Source of the DNA: a virus
Taxonomy: Duplodnaviria; Caudoviricetes
IMG/VR virus record: IMGVR_UViG_3300049173_000052
Location: 509 to 64,508 of that record
Length of the DNA stretch: 64,000 bases
Direction: 5' to 3' (one strand)
The position numbers and the translations under genes were made by a program. Shown here one piece after another: positions 43,452 to 53,120 of this stretch. A model generated the notes under the pieces. The model worked only from the letters and a program-made list of their open reading frames with translations. It searched no databases and was not told where the DNA came from. The number at the start of each line of letters is the position of its first letter. Positions within the stretch are counted from its first letter, which is position 1.

Positions 43452-43810
43452 CCGGTCACCCGGTCCGCCGCGAACTGCACCACACCACGGAGCCCGGTGA
43501 AGGGGTTGCGGCCCCAGTCGCCGGGCTCCCCCGTGATCTCGCAGACCACGCCCCGGATGCGAGCCCTGTCGGTGGTGCGGATCTGCGTCCCGGCGGGGGC
43601 GTAAACGGTCCAGCCGACGATGACCGTGTCCCGGCCCTGCTGCTCCGAACCGCCCACGGTTGGTACCGACTCCCGCGGGGCGACCACGCAGCCCGGAACG
43701 TCGAACGACTCATCCGGGCCCGGTAGCGGCTGCCCGCGAGGATCCCGCCCGGGCGAAGGACCGGTGCGCACGATCCGCACCGTCTCCCCGAACGGATACG
43801 GGGCGGGCAT
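43448..43810 (-). CDS. Head-tail stopper/closure protein
   Basis: TVYAPAGTQIRTTDRARIRG...GEPGDW. Confidence 0.8.
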   Translation of the reverse strand: MPAPYPFGETVRIVRTGPSPGRDPRGQPLPGPDESFDVPGCVVAPRESVPTVGGSEQQGRDTVIVGWTVYAPAGTQIRTTDRARIRGVVCEITGEPGDWGRNPFTGLRGVVQFAADRVTG

Positions 43811-44227
43811 CTACACCCACCCCCAGCCGGGTTCGTACTCCAGCGGCGGCCCGTAGTCGTCGTCGACCGGGTAGGTCGGCGACGGATCCGCCGCGGCCGG
43901 GGTCGGGTCCACGGTGAACGCGCCGCCGCGGCCGGCTGCGCTCTTCAGGGCGGCCTTGTCGGCCCGCGTCAGGTACAGGCCGCCCGAGCCGGACGGGCGT
44001 TGTACCGACATGGGGCCGATCGTCTCGTAGGACACCTGCTGCGGGTTGACGTAGGCCCGGCCGGCAGCCGACAGCACTACGGCGGTGGCCTGGTCGGGGA
44101 GCGGCTTCACCACCGTCTCGCACAGGGCGACCGCCTGCTGAATCAGCAGATCTGCCCGGTTGCCGTCGATCTCGGGGAGTCCGAGGTACAGGCCGAGCTG
44201 CTCCGCTGTCGGTGCCACGAACGTCAC
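43811..44227 (-). CDS. Head-tail adaptor
   Basis: AAGRAYVNP..VSYETIGP...GGLYLT. Confidence 0.8.
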   Translation of the reverse strand: MTFVAPTAEQLGLYLGLPEIDGNRADLLIQQAVALCETVVKPLPDQATAVVLSAAGRAYVNPQQVSYETIGPMSVQRPSGSGGLYLTRADKAALKSAAGRGGAFTVDPTPAAADPSPTYPVDDDYGPPLEYEPGWGWV

Positions 44228-44236
44228 AGTGACCTC

Positions 44237-45259
44237 CTAGGCCAGGGCCTCCACGGCGTCACACCACGCAGCCAGTTCAGCGGTCGGATCCAGCTCGGCA
44301 GACCTGGCCCTCGCCCGCTTCGACGCCAGCCGGTACTCCGCGGGCGCGAGGAGCTTGCGCAGCACCGCCTCGTAGCCGGCCACGTCGTTGCGGTCGACGA
44401 ACACCCCGGCCTCACCGAGCGACTCGCACAGACCCGGGGTGGGATGGGCCACGACGGGGATGCCGGAGGCGAGCGCCTCGACGCCAGCCCTGCCCCACGA
44501 CTCATACGAGGACGGCATCAGCAGCACCTTCGTGCGGCCGTACACCTTGGCCCGCATGTCCTCGCCGCGCACGTGCTCGACGACCTCGACGTTCGGCAGG
44601 TCAGGGAGGATCTGCTCCCCGTAGGCGCCGCGGACAGCGATGAACTGCTGGTCCGGCATACGGCGGGCCAGCGCGTCGAGCACCTTGCCGCCCTTCTCCG
44701 GGTTGCAGTTGACCAACGTGATCGCATTGCCCGGCCTCGTCGCGTAGTCGCTGGCGAACACCGGAGGGCGCATGATCAGCGACGAGGCAGGGCGGACGGA
44801 CTTCGGGTACTCGGCGAAGAACAACTCCGCCTCCCGCTCCATCCATCGGCTGTTGTAGACCGCCAGCGCGGTGCCACCAGCGGCGGCGTCCCGGAACGTG
44901 GGCCGGTGCGTGTTGTGGCAGAGCACCACCACCGGCTTGCTGTAGCCGCGAGCCAGGGCGGCCGTGTGAGGCACGCACTCCAGGTGCGAGATGAGCACGT
45001 GCGCCTTGCGGACCGCTGTGGGGAAGTCGAGGCGGGCCTCCAGCGGCACCACGCGGATGCCCCGGTACTCGTAGACCTTGCTGGCCTTGCCGTACCGGGA
45101 CAGCCACACGGACACGTCGTGCCCGCGCTCCACCAGGGGCCGCAGCATGGACACGAGCATGTGCTCGGCGCCCGCGTTGTGCTCCGGCGGCATCGCGTGA
45201 ACGCGGGCCACGATGCTGAGCGCGGTCCCGCCCGGCGCGGAAGCCGGGACCGCCCCCAT
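44237..45259 (-). CDS. Glycosyltransferase family 4 (GT-B)
   Basis: GAEHM, GHDV, LMPSSYESWGRAGVEALASGIPVV; start overlaps the capsid stop (TGATG). Confidence 0.9.
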   Translation of the reverse strand: MGAVPASAPGGTALSIVARVHAMPPEHNAGAEHMLVSMLRPLVERGHDVSVWLSRYGKASKVYEYRGIRVVPLEARLDFPTAVRKAHVLISHLECVPHTAALARGYSKPVVVLCHNTHRPTFRDAAAGGTALAVYNSRWMEREAELFFAEYPKSVRPASSLIMRPPVFASDYATRPGNAITLVNCNPEKGGKVLDALARRMPDQQFIAVRGAYGEQILPDLPNVEVVEHVRGEDMRAKVYGRTKVLLMPSSYESWGRAGVEALASGIPVVAHPTPGLCESLGEAGVFVDRNDVAGYEAVLRKLLAPAEYRLASKRARARSAELDPTAELAAWCDAVEALA

Positions 45260-46221
45260 CAGGAACCGCTCGGCGTGCCGGTGAACTTGACGAACGCCTC
45301 CGCGTCGCCCAGGACGAAGCCGTAGTAGGCCTCCGCGAGGAGCAGCACCAGGTTCTCCTGGAAGGCGCTGTGCACACCGCCGTCCTCGTCGATGTACGTC
45401 GCCTCACGCGACAGCTTCACCGAGATGTCCATGCCCACGCCGTATGCGGCCTGTGAGAAGTCCCCGCCGATCGCGCGCAGACCCGAGTCCGCCGAGGTGG
45501 ACTGTCGGCGCAGCTTGCCCGAGACGCTGCGGGAGTAGGCGATCGGCTCGCCGATCAGCTCACCCTGCAGGGCCGCACCGGTGCCGGCGCCGGGCTGGCG
45601 GGTCGCCACGAACAGCGGCTCGCCCGTGGTGGACGTCGCAGCCAGGAGCTTCGGCTTCAGCCGGTTGTCGGCGACGGTACCGGTGTAGTCCCAGTCGTCG
45701 TCGATGATCTCTTCCATGCCGGAGACGAAGTCGCCCCAGATGCCGCCCTGGTTCTGCGCCGTCGTGCCCAGCGACACCGCCTTCGACGTCATGGCGAAGT
45801 AGTCGGCGAACGGACCGGTACCGCCCTTCATGTTCTTGCCGTGGATCGTGGCCATGTCGAAGGCCCGCGCGAACGCCGTCGGCAGATCGCGCTGGAGCTG
45901 CGTCCACAGGCCGGCCGCGTTGGACTGGGCGACCTCCATGCTGACCGGGATCAACACGGCGATCTTCTTGCCGCTCATCTGCTTGACCTCGACACCGCCC
46001 GAGCTGAGCGGCTTGCGGCCACCCTCAGACACCCAGTCCGCGGTCGGCACGTCGAGCGGCACCGGTACCGCGGTGTTCGCCGTCATCGACAGCGGCACCC
46101 GGCGGGCCAGGCTCATGACCGCGGAGCCCTCGACGGACTTCTCGAAGATCGGGCCGACCAGCGTCTCCGGAAGGAAGATCGGGTCGACGGTGGACAGCTT
46201 GATCGGATTCGTGGCTGCCAT
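45259..46221 (-). CDS. Major capsid protein (HK97 fold)
   Basis: ADWVSEGGRKP, KKIAVLIPVSME, AFQENLV...EAYYGF. Confidence 0.93.
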   Translation of the reverse strand: MAATNPIKLSTVDPIFLPETLVGPIFEKSVEGSAVMSLARRVPLSMTANTAVPVPLDVPTADWVSEGGRKPLSSGGVEVKQMSGKKIAVLIPVSMEVAQSNAAGLWTQLQRDLPTAFARAFDMATIHGKNMKGGTGPFADYFAMTSKAVSLGTTAQNQGGIWGDFVSGMEEIIDDDWDYTGTVADNRLKPKLLAATSTTGEPLFVATRQPGAGTGAALQGELIGEPIAYSRSVSGKLRRQSTSADSGLRAIGGDFSQAAYGVGMDISVKLSREATYIDEDGGVHSAFQENLVLLLAEAYYGFVLGDAEAFVKFTGTPSGS

Positions 46222-46236
46222 CGGGGGCTACCTTTC

Positions 46237-46833
46237 TCAGCGGCCCCGTGCGAGGCCCTGGGTCATGAAGTCGGCGAACACAGCCGCCGGATCGTTGGGG
46301 GTTCGGTTGCCGTTGCCCGAGGAGCCCTGCGTGCGGTCCGCCTTCGGCGCCCGCGGCGAGGTATCGGCCGGCTTGGCGAGGTGCGGCTTGCGCTTCAGCA
46401 GCTCCTTCAGGTCCTGCTGGATCGCCGCCGTGTCGACGTCGCCGTCGTCGTCCACGTAGGAGTTGAGGTCGAGGAACGCGTGCGCGTCCTCCGGGTCGGC
46501 GAACTCCGATGCCGCCAGCGCCTTCACCTCGGAGCGCACGGCGCGCTGCCGGAAGGACTGCATGCGCTGCTCGACGGCCGTGAGCTGCTCGGTGAGCCGC
46601 TCCTGCTCCGTCTTCTTCGCGTCCTCCAGCTCCTGCGCCTTCTGCGCCAGAGGCTTGGTCTCCTGGTACTTCGTGCGCCAGCTGGCGGACTCCTTGCGGA
46701 GCTTCTCGATCTCCTTGCGGGCCTTGGCGGGGTCCGCCCACGGGTCCGCCGGGTCCTGCTCCGCCTCCGGGGCGGCCTCGGACTGCTGCGGCTCCGTCTC
46801 GACCTGCTCGGCCGTCTCCTCGTTCTCGGGCAT
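46237..46833 (-). CDS. Scaffolding protein
   Basis: Acidic coiled coil, LRKESASWR, LKRKPHLAK. Confidence 0.85.
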   Translation of the reverse strand: MPENEETAEQVETEPQQSEAAPEAEQDPADPWADPAKARKEIEKLRKESASWRTKYQETKPLAQKAQELEDAKKTEQERLTEQLTAVEQRMQSFRQRAVRSEVKALAASEFADPEDAHAFLDLNSYVDDDGDVDTAAIQQDLKELLKRKPHLAKPADTSPRAPKADRTQGSSGNGNRTPNDPAAVFADFMTQGLARGR

Positions 46834-46892
46834 GGCTAGTTGGCCCTCCAGGGGCTGAGAAAGGCCGCCACCAGGGCAGCCGAAAGGGTTGG

Positions 46893-47666
46893 TCAGTGCG
46901 CGGCCGGCAGCGGGTGCCGGTCGTGCTCGGCAAGAGCCCGCCGGAACAGGCGGAGCTGCTCGCCCGGGTGGCCCTGGGCGTACTCGCGGTACAGCCGGTC
47001 CCACCTCGCCGCGTGCTCAGACAGCTCGAAGCGCTGGCCGCGGAACACCGGGATGATCGTGCAGTGGCAGTTGTCGTGAAACTTCACGACGCTGGCGTCG
47101 CCGGAGAAGAGGTCGTTGGCCTCCCGGCCTGCCGTTCCTGCCGTCTTGTAGACGGCCCCTCGTGACGCCATGAGCTTGCAAAACGAGCAGGCCCCGAGCG
47201 CGGCGGCCCGTGCGTAGGCGACAGCGTCACGGTCCTGCCGCACCGCCTGCCGCAGCGTCTCGCGCCCCTGGTCCAGGACCAGTTTCTGCGCGGCGCCCTC
47301 CGCCTTCGACTGAGCCGTCTCCAGATCGCCGCCGCCCCACAGATCTGCAACGGCCCACCGCAGCGACGCCTCGACCTGCTCGTCCGGCGGCGCCGAGGCA
47401 GGCTCTGCCGAGTAGCGGCTGCGGATACCGGCCGCCTCGCGCTGCTCCTCGTAGGCGGCAGCGGCCAGCGAGGACGAGGCCGCGCCGTACTGGTCCACCA
47501 GGGACCTCACCGCGGCAATCCAGTCCGGCACCGTCTCCCGCAACCGCACGGGGGCGATCAGCCGCCGCAAGGTGCGCATGTCCCGCAGCAGCAGGGCGAT
47601 CACCGCGGCCTGCGCCCGCCGGTCCCGGGCGGCGGCGCCACTGTCGTCAGAGATCCTCGTCTCCAT
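46893..47666 (-). CDS. Minor capsid / MuF-VG15-like protein
   Basis: ACSFCKLMASRG, FHDNCHC. Confidence 0.8.
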   Translation of the reverse strand: METRISDDSGAAARDRRAQAAVIALLLRDMRTLRRLIAPVRLRETVPDWIAAVRSLVDQYGAASSSLAAAAYEEQREAAGIRSRYSAEPASAPPDEQVEASLRWAVADLWGGGDLETAQSKAEGAAQKLVLDQGRETLRQAVRQDRDAVAYARAAALGACSFCKLMASRGAVYKTAGTAGREANDLFSGDASVVKFHDNCHCTIIPVFRGQRFELSEHAARWDRLYREYAQGHPGEQLRLFRRALAEHDRHPLPAAH

Positions 47667-49062
47667 CGGGCTCCTCAGCCTCCGGCGTCTCGGGCCCGCC
47701 GTCCGCGGCCTGCGTCAGCCGCTGCAGCAGCGCATTGCCCTGCGCCCGGCGCCGCTCGGCCGCAACCCGGCGCCGCTGATCCTCACTCAGGCCCGCCATC
47801 TCCAGCACGACGTCACCGTCGGCCGGCAGGATGCCCGCCTGGACGAGCTTCACCGCGGCGTCGGCCTGGGCCGCGACCGTCGGCGTAGCGGGGTTGCGCC
47901 AGACGCACTCGATGCGGCGCGACTTGTCTGGCGGCTCCCCATCGCGGAACCAGAGCGCCAACCTCATCGCGTCCCGGTGTGTCGCCGAGAAGCGCCTGAT
48001 GCGCCGCTCCGCCTTCTTGATCTGGCCGTTGTCGGCGAAACGGATCGCGTCCGCGCTCGCCGGGTTGTCGCTGGTGTAGCCGAGCACGTGCGGGGCCACC
48101 GACAGCTGCGACGCCATGATGCGGGCGTAGAGGTCGATGATTTTCGTCTGCCCAGACGGATCGTGGGCCGCGAACTGCCCGACCGTGGGCACTTCCCCGT
48201 TCTCGTCCCGCTCCAGCGCCAGCACGCGGCCGATGTACGTCTCCCAGGCCGACTTGGCGTTGCCCTCCGCGTCCTGGAAGGCACTCTCCGACACCCCCAG
48301 GATGTAGCGCTGCGGCGCCTGGAAAAACTCGGCGCCCACCTCGATGCCCATCAGCCGTCGGCACGCCGCATCCGTGATCGACATGACCTCGGGCGTGATC
48401 TCCGACTTGCCGATGCGGTCCGCGGTGCGCTGCCGGTTCGCCATCCGCAGCACCGGCACCATGCCCAGGTTGTGGATGTCCCGGTCAAAGACCTCCCAGC
48501 CGCCATCCACTTCGGCCGCGTACACCGTCTGGTCCGGCAGATACAGGGTGGCGATCCGCACCCCGTCCTCGACAGACTCGCGCAGAGCCGCCGTCGCCAG
48601 CCGCAGCCGGGCATCCCAGAACATCGTCATGTCCAGCGGCGACTCGAACGTGATCAGCGGCGGGTCGCCCGCCTCACCCGAGCCGACCGCCACGTACTCG
48701 CGGCCATAGGTGAGAGCATCCAGGTGCGCCAACGACGCCTCGTCGTACAGGTCGTTCGACTCGGCGATCTCCTCCAGATCGGACGGGTCCGTACCGTCCG
48801 CCCAGCGGAACGCCTCCAGGTCGAGACGCTGCTCCAGCGACTCGACACCGATGCGCGGCCAGCCGATCACCGTGTGGAGCCCCTTGAGCTGCGGCGGAAT
48901 CGAAATGCCAAGGTCACGGACAAGCTGCTCGCCGTTGAAATAGGCGTCGAGCAGCTCCAGCTTGAACCGCTGCGACAGCAGATCCGTGCGCAGCGCCGTC
49001 AGCAGCTGTGCCTCGTCGCCCGACAGCGACAGAAGCGGCAGCTCGGGGATGGTCGCAGTCAT
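47647..49062 (-). CDS. Portal protein (SPP1 gp6-like)
   Basis: GWPRIGV, ALTYGR, GKSEI, NPASADAI, WRNPAT. Confidence 0.92.
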   Translation of the reverse strand: MTATIPELPLLSLSGDEAQLLTALRTDLLSQRFKLELLDAYFNGEQLVRDLGISIPPQLKGLHTVIGWPRIGVESLEQRLDLEAFRWADGTDPSDLEEIAESNDLYDEASLAHLDALTYGREYVAVGSGEAGDPPLITFESPLDMTMFWDARLRLATAALRESVEDGVRIATLYLPDQTVYAAEVDGGWEVFDRDIHNLGMVPVLRMANRQRTADRIGKSEITPEVMSITDAACRRLMGIEVGAEFFQAPQRYILGVSESAFQDAEGNAKSAWETYIGRVLALERDENGEVPTVGQFAAHDPSGQTKIIDLYARIMASQLSVAPHVLGYTSDNPASADAIRFADNGQIKKAERRIRRFSATHRDAMRLALWFRDGEPPDKSRRIECVWRNPATPTVAAQADAAVKLVQAGILPADGDVVLEMAGLSEDQRRRVAAERRRAQGNALLQRLTQAADGGPETPEAEEPDGDEDL

Positions 49063-50798
49063 CGAAGCACCACCACCCTCCCCTTGCCTGGCGTGCCGCG
49101 CTTCGCCCACGCCGTCGAGTTCAACATCATCCGGCGCAGCATCCGTGCCCCGATCGCACAGACCGCGAGGTCGACCTTGCGGGCCGACTCGCGGTGCTCC
49201 TTGCCGATCGTGTAGCCCCACGCGTTGGTGCGCCGCCGGGCGTTCGCCACGTGCTGCCGCAGCATCCGATGCCCATCGTGGAAGAGTTGCCGCTCCAGCA
49301 CGTCCCGGTAGAAGCGGTCGACGGCCTCTGTGAACGCCTGCTGACGCCGCCGGTCACGCATGTCCCACAGCACCGCATGCCGGTTCGCGCCACCCGTCAC
49401 CGCCTTCAGCTTCAGCTTGTTGCCGTAGCGCTGCGCCCACGCGTCGATGTAGCCGTCCCAGTAGCGCTCGCCGTCCGCGTCGTCATGGCCGGCGCCCGGG
49501 TCGGCGAAGAACGCAATCGGCCGGTAGTCCGCGAACACCTGATCCACCGTGCCGTCGACCTCCTCGCGCGGCACCCGCCACGGCACATCCCCCGGCCAGT
49601 TCGCCGGCCTCTGCCAGACTCCGAGGGCGGTAACGAAGCCGTCCGACATGCGGCAAGCCGCCAGGCCCGTGGCGTCATCGCTCTTGGAGCCATCGAAGAA
49701 CAAGACGATCTCGTCGCCCTGCTGCAGTGCGGCTTCTTCTCGGCGGCAGGCGTCCCACTCATACGGCGCGAGGAACGCGTCCTCCGCGGCAACGATCTGG
49801 TTGAACCAGAAGCGCCTGGACCGGCTCGGCGGGTTGCGGACGTCGAGGATGGACGCCTTCAACCGGTCGATGTCCAGCCAGGTCGAATCCCCGCGGACCG
49901 CCTTCAAGGTCGGGACGATCCACTCCTCGGTGAGCTTCGCCTCAGCCGGAGCCTCCAGCGAGTCGTAGAACAGGCCCGTGTCCACCACTCGGCCGGCCTC
50001 AGCCGACTCGAACGCCTCCCGGGTGCGCTCGGCGACACTGTCCTCGCCCGGCTCGTAGGCGTTCGTGTTCGCCAGAGTTCTCGACTGGCCGTCCGCGCTC
50101 TTGGTGGCGTTGCGCTCGATCACCGCGGCCATCTCGTGGCCCTGGTTCGACTCCAGCCAGTGGTGCGTCTCCCCCAGGTTGACGGCCGTCGGCCGACCGC
50201 CCTCCAGGGCTCGCGGCGACGAAGTGACCGCCTCAATGCGGGCCCGCCCCTTGTCGGCGTAGATGATCTCCTTGCCGAGGTCGATCCGGTACTCCTCGAT
50301 CGCCCGCTTCGACAGGATCGACGGGAACAGCGTCATCGTGTTCCGCGTCTGATCCTGCGACACCGCCGCGATCTGCACCCACGCCGCCGGATGCTGCACC
50401 CCCAGCGGCTGGCCGGCCGGGACGCCCCACTCGTTGCCCTCGTCGGCGACCTGGCCGAAGCGGCACGGACCGACGAACTCGAACGCGGACCACGTCGCGA
50501 TCAGCGGATCCTTGCCCCAGCCCTTCAGCCGCTGGATCACGCCGTCCCGCCACAGGAACCGGTTCGTCGCCGGATCCATCGCGTACCACCACAGGGTCAA
50601 ACGCGCCTGCTCGGCCGTGTACTGCCAAGCCTTACCGGCGTACTGCTGCAGGTACGTCTTCGTCCAGATCAGGCAGTGCCAGCCCAGCGTGTACTCGGGG
50701 AGAACGAACCGACCGTCCGGGCCGCGCTTCCACGTCGGGCCAATCGTGAAGGGTTCGACGACCTCAGGGACCTGCCCGTCAGCCACCTGCGATGTCAC
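49059..50798 (-). CDS. Terminase large subunit
   Basis: RLKGWGKDP, AVSQDQT, ETHHW, FDGSKSDDAT, KVDLAV. Confidence 0.94.
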   Translation of the reverse strand: MTSQVADGQVPEVVEPFTIGPTWKRGPDGRFVLPEYTLGWHCLIWTKTYLQQYAGKAWQYTAEQARLTLWWYAMDPATNRFLWRDGVIQRLKGWGKDPLIATWSAFEFVGPCRFGQVADEGNEWGVPAGQPLGVQHPAAWVQIAAVSQDQTRNTMTLFPSILSKRAIEEYRIDLGKEIIYADKGRARIEAVTSSPRALEGGRPTAVNLGETHHWLESNQGHEMAAVIERNATKSADGQSRTLANTNAYEPGEDSVAERTREAFESAEAGRVVDTGLFYDSLEAPAEAKLTEEWIVPTLKAVRGDSTWLDIDRLKASILDVRNPPSRSRRFWFNQIVAAEDAFLAPYEWDACRREEAALQQGDEIVLFFDGSKSDDATGLAACRMSDGFVTALGVWQRPANWPGDVPWRVPREEVDGTVDQVFADYRPIAFFADPGAGHDDADGERYWDGYIDAWAQRYGNKLKLKAVTGGANRHAVLWDMRDRRRQQAFTEAVDRFYRDVLERQLFHDGHRMLRQHVANARRRTNAWGYTIGKEHRESARKVDLAVCAIGARMLRRMMLNSTAWAKRGTPGKGRVVVLR

Positions 50799-51216
50799 GG
50801 TACGAATCCAGCGGACTCACCGACGCCAACTGCGGCCCCGCAGGCTTCCGCTCCAGCTCCATCCGCGCCCGGCGACGGTCGCCTTCCGTCGTCAGCAGGC
50901 TCGTCATCACGCTGTTCAGCGCCGCCACGTACTGGCCGTTCGGCGGACGGTCCGACGACAGACCGCGCGACATCAACTCCGCGGCATACCGGGCCATCGC
51001 CCAGTCCGACGGCTCGTAGAACTGCGCCTGGCCCGACTCGCGCAGGGACAAGTACCAGTCGGTGGCGATCGGATGCCACAGCGGATCCGGCTCCGGCAAA
51101 TCCGGCAGGTCGGTCGGGGCCCCCGAAGGAGCCTTGGTGATCGAGTCCTTCTCTTCCTTCGAGCGGTGACCCATGCGCTCCTCAGAGCGCTTACCGATAG
51201 GTCCACGAGCGCCCAT
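50779..51216 (-). CDS. Terminase small subunit
   Basis: WHPIATDWY...SDWA...LLTTEGDRRRARMEL. Confidence 0.85.
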   Translation of the reverse strand: MGARGPIGKRSEERMGHRSKEEKDSITKAPSGAPTDLPDLPEPDPLWHPIATDWYLSLRESGQAQFYEPSDWAMARYAAELMSRGLSSDRPPNGQYVAALNSVMTSLLTTEGDRRRARMELERKPAGPQLASVSPLDSYRDIAGG

Positions 51217-51295
51217 AGCGACCTCCAGGGTCAAGGCGCGCCACCAGGGCGCGCAGGGGCGGGAGAACGAGCCCCGCCCGGGCGCCACCAGGGCG

Positions 51296-51940
51296 TCAGA
51301 CCAGCGAGGCAATCACACCGGCCGCATCACGCAGCTCGGCAAGCTCAAGAGGCGTCCCGCTCACGCGGTCGCCGACGATGATGTACCGGCGATCCGAGTA
51401 CACCTCGACCGCCACCTCGTCGCGACGGATACGGCGACCGGACGGCACCGCGCCGCGGAACCACAGGTGCAGGCCCGAACCGGATCGGCCTCGCTCCATG
51501 TACGTCGCCGGCAGGGCGCCCACGATCCGCTGCGCCCACGGCAGGACACGGCCATCCTCGACCGCGTGGTCCAGGTCGACGACGACGATCCCGTCACCGG
51601 CCGTCAGTACGAAGCCGACACCCTCGCCGGCCGTGGCCCTGGCCGCAGTCGGGAAGTCCGACCACGTCGACGGGTTGTCCACGGCGGCGAACCGGCCGTC
51701 GACGCGCAGCGGCACCTTCCGCGACGAGTACCGAACCCACCGCGGACGCGTCGTCAACTCGACCGGCACGCGCGCGGCCTGCTCGAGCGTTACCCGCTCA
51801 CGGTCCGCGCGGCGACGCTCCCGGTACGCGGCCTGCCGACACGGCGACGAGCAGTAGCGCGCATCCGCCCGGGCCATCAGCGGCAGCGGGCCGGCGCAGT
51901 GCTCGCACTCGGTGCGGCCGGCGACGGGAGCGGTGGTCAT
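51296..51940 (-). CDS. Zn-finger + AEP primase-polymerase domain protein (no helicase)
   Basis: CEHC...CSSPC; DLDH, SGSGLH, EVY motifs. Confidence 0.78.
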   Translation of the reverse strand: MTTAPVAGRTECEHCAGPLPLMARADARYCSSPCRQAAYRERRRADRERVTLEQAARVPVELTTRPRWVRYSSRKVPLRVDGRFAAVDNPSTWSDFPTAARATAGEGVGFVLTAGDGIVVVDLDHAVEDGRVLPWAQRIVGALPATYMERGRSGSGLHLWFRGAVPSGRRIRRDEVAVEVYSDRRYIIVGDRVSGTPLELAELRDAAGVIASLV

Positions 51941-52080
51941 GAGCCCCATCGTACAGGCTCCGCGTTACGGCTACAGGCTTCTGACCTGCACCGTAACCGT
52001 CCTGATACCGTCCAGCACAGGCCAGGTGGACTAGACCTGATGGACATACCCGCAGGTCAGCGGCCTTGGAAACCCGGGGG

Positions 52081-52147
52081 CGATGTCAGGTGCTATACGG
52101 CCCCGATCCCTGAAGATCGCGGGGAGGGGGATCTCCCCCCAGGGTGA
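52081..52147 (-). other. Candidate cos/packaging region
   Basis: Non-coding, between HNH-side genes and terminase-side genes; G/C-run palindrome GGGGGAGATCCCCC; candidate 10-mer CGGGGCCGTA (52096-52105). Confidence 0.35.
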
Positions 52148-52351
52148 TCATGCGCAGTGCCGCTCGAAGCCGAGCTCCCTCGACGCCAGCGCGGCGCCGG
52201 CCAGGGCCTTCGCCTGTGGGTCGGTCGACGTCGTCGCGATGCTCGCGAGCACCTCAGCGAAGAGGCCGTCTTCGAGGCCGTGTTGCGCCTCGTAGTCAGG
52301 TGCTGCATCGGCTATGGCCTGCACACGCTGCCGCACTTGGGAGACCTCCAT
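52148..52351 (-). CDS. Hypothetical protein
   Basis: 67 aa, GGAGG RBS. Confidence 0.6.
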   Translation of the reverse strand: MEVSQVRQRVQAIADAAPDYEAQHGLEDGLFAEVLASIATTSTDPQAKALAGAALASRELGFERHCA

Positions 52352-52387
52352 GCCTGCCTCCCCTGTACCCCTCGGGTGGCCGGCTGC

Positions 52388-52615
52388 CTACCGCCTGCGC
52401 TTGCCGACGTTGGCCCTGCTGCCTGTGCCTACTCCCGTGTTGCGGATGTGGAGTAGCTGGCAGTAGCCCTTGGCCCTGGCTCCCATGTACTTGTGCAGCT
52501 GGCGTGTGCACCTGGTCCAGTCGCCGGGTGTACCCCATCGGATCTTGGCTGCGCCTGGCCCTGTGCTCCAGTACCTGCGCAGTGTGGATGCGTTGCCTCG
52601 TCCCTTGCTGGCCAC
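52388..52615 (-). CDS. Small basic actinophage domain protein (KIRWGTPGD..RC...GYC..H)
   Basis: 75 aa, AGGAG RBS. Confidence 0.65.
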   Translation of the reverse strand: MASKGRGNASTLRRYWSTGPGAAKIRWGTPGDWTRCTRQLHKYMGARAKGYCQLLHIRNTGVGTGSRANVGKRRR

Positions 52616-52621
52616 AGTGGA

Positions 52622-52822
52622 TCACTCCTCTTGCGGCGCGGGCTCCTGTACGTCTACCCGTTCGATGTGGGCTCCTTGCCCGCTGGGTATGGCGAGGCAG
52701 ACACCGTTGGCGTCTTCGAGTACGGCCCAACCGGCATCGAAGCGGAGGGTGAGGTGGGGGTCCTCGATGAAGACGTCATCCCTGCGCTGATCCCGGGGGT
52801 GGACGATCAGGTAGCGGGGCAC
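52622..52822 (-). CDS. Hypothetical protein
   Basis: 66 aa. Confidence 0.6.
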   Translation of the reverse strand: MPRYLIVHPRDQRRDDVFIEDPHLTLRFDAGWAVLEDANGVCLAIPSGQGAHIERVDVQEPAPQEE

Positions 52823-52826
52823 GGAT

Positions 52827-53120
52827 TCACCTCAGCCCGGGATGTTGTTCGGGGGGCCGTGTTCGTCCGGGCGGGGGGTTGTTGCGCTGGGCTTCGTTCC
52901 CCTCGGCGCTGGACTTCTGGTCGTGGCATGGGCCGCAGACGCCTTGGAGTCCTTGCTCGCTGTGGTCGTCGGCCTTGGCCACGATGTGGTCGCAGTGCGT
53001 CGAGGGCCGTACTCCGCACAGCTTGCAGATCGGGTCGCGTTTGAGGATGCGGGCCCGGATCTTCGCCCAGCCGGACGGCAGTCGGGCCTTGCGGTTCGAG
53101 CCCTGCCAGCCGCCGCTCAT
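52827..53120 (-). CDS. HNH endonuclease (HK97 gp74-like terminase cofactor)
   Basis: CKLC, DHI, CGPCHDQKS; upstream of terminase. Confidence 0.85.
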   Translation of the reverse strand: MSGGWQGSNRKARLPSGWAKIRARILKRDPICKLCGVRPSTHCDHIVAKADDHSEQGLQGVCGPCHDQKSSAEGNEAQRNNPPPGRTRPPEQHPGLR

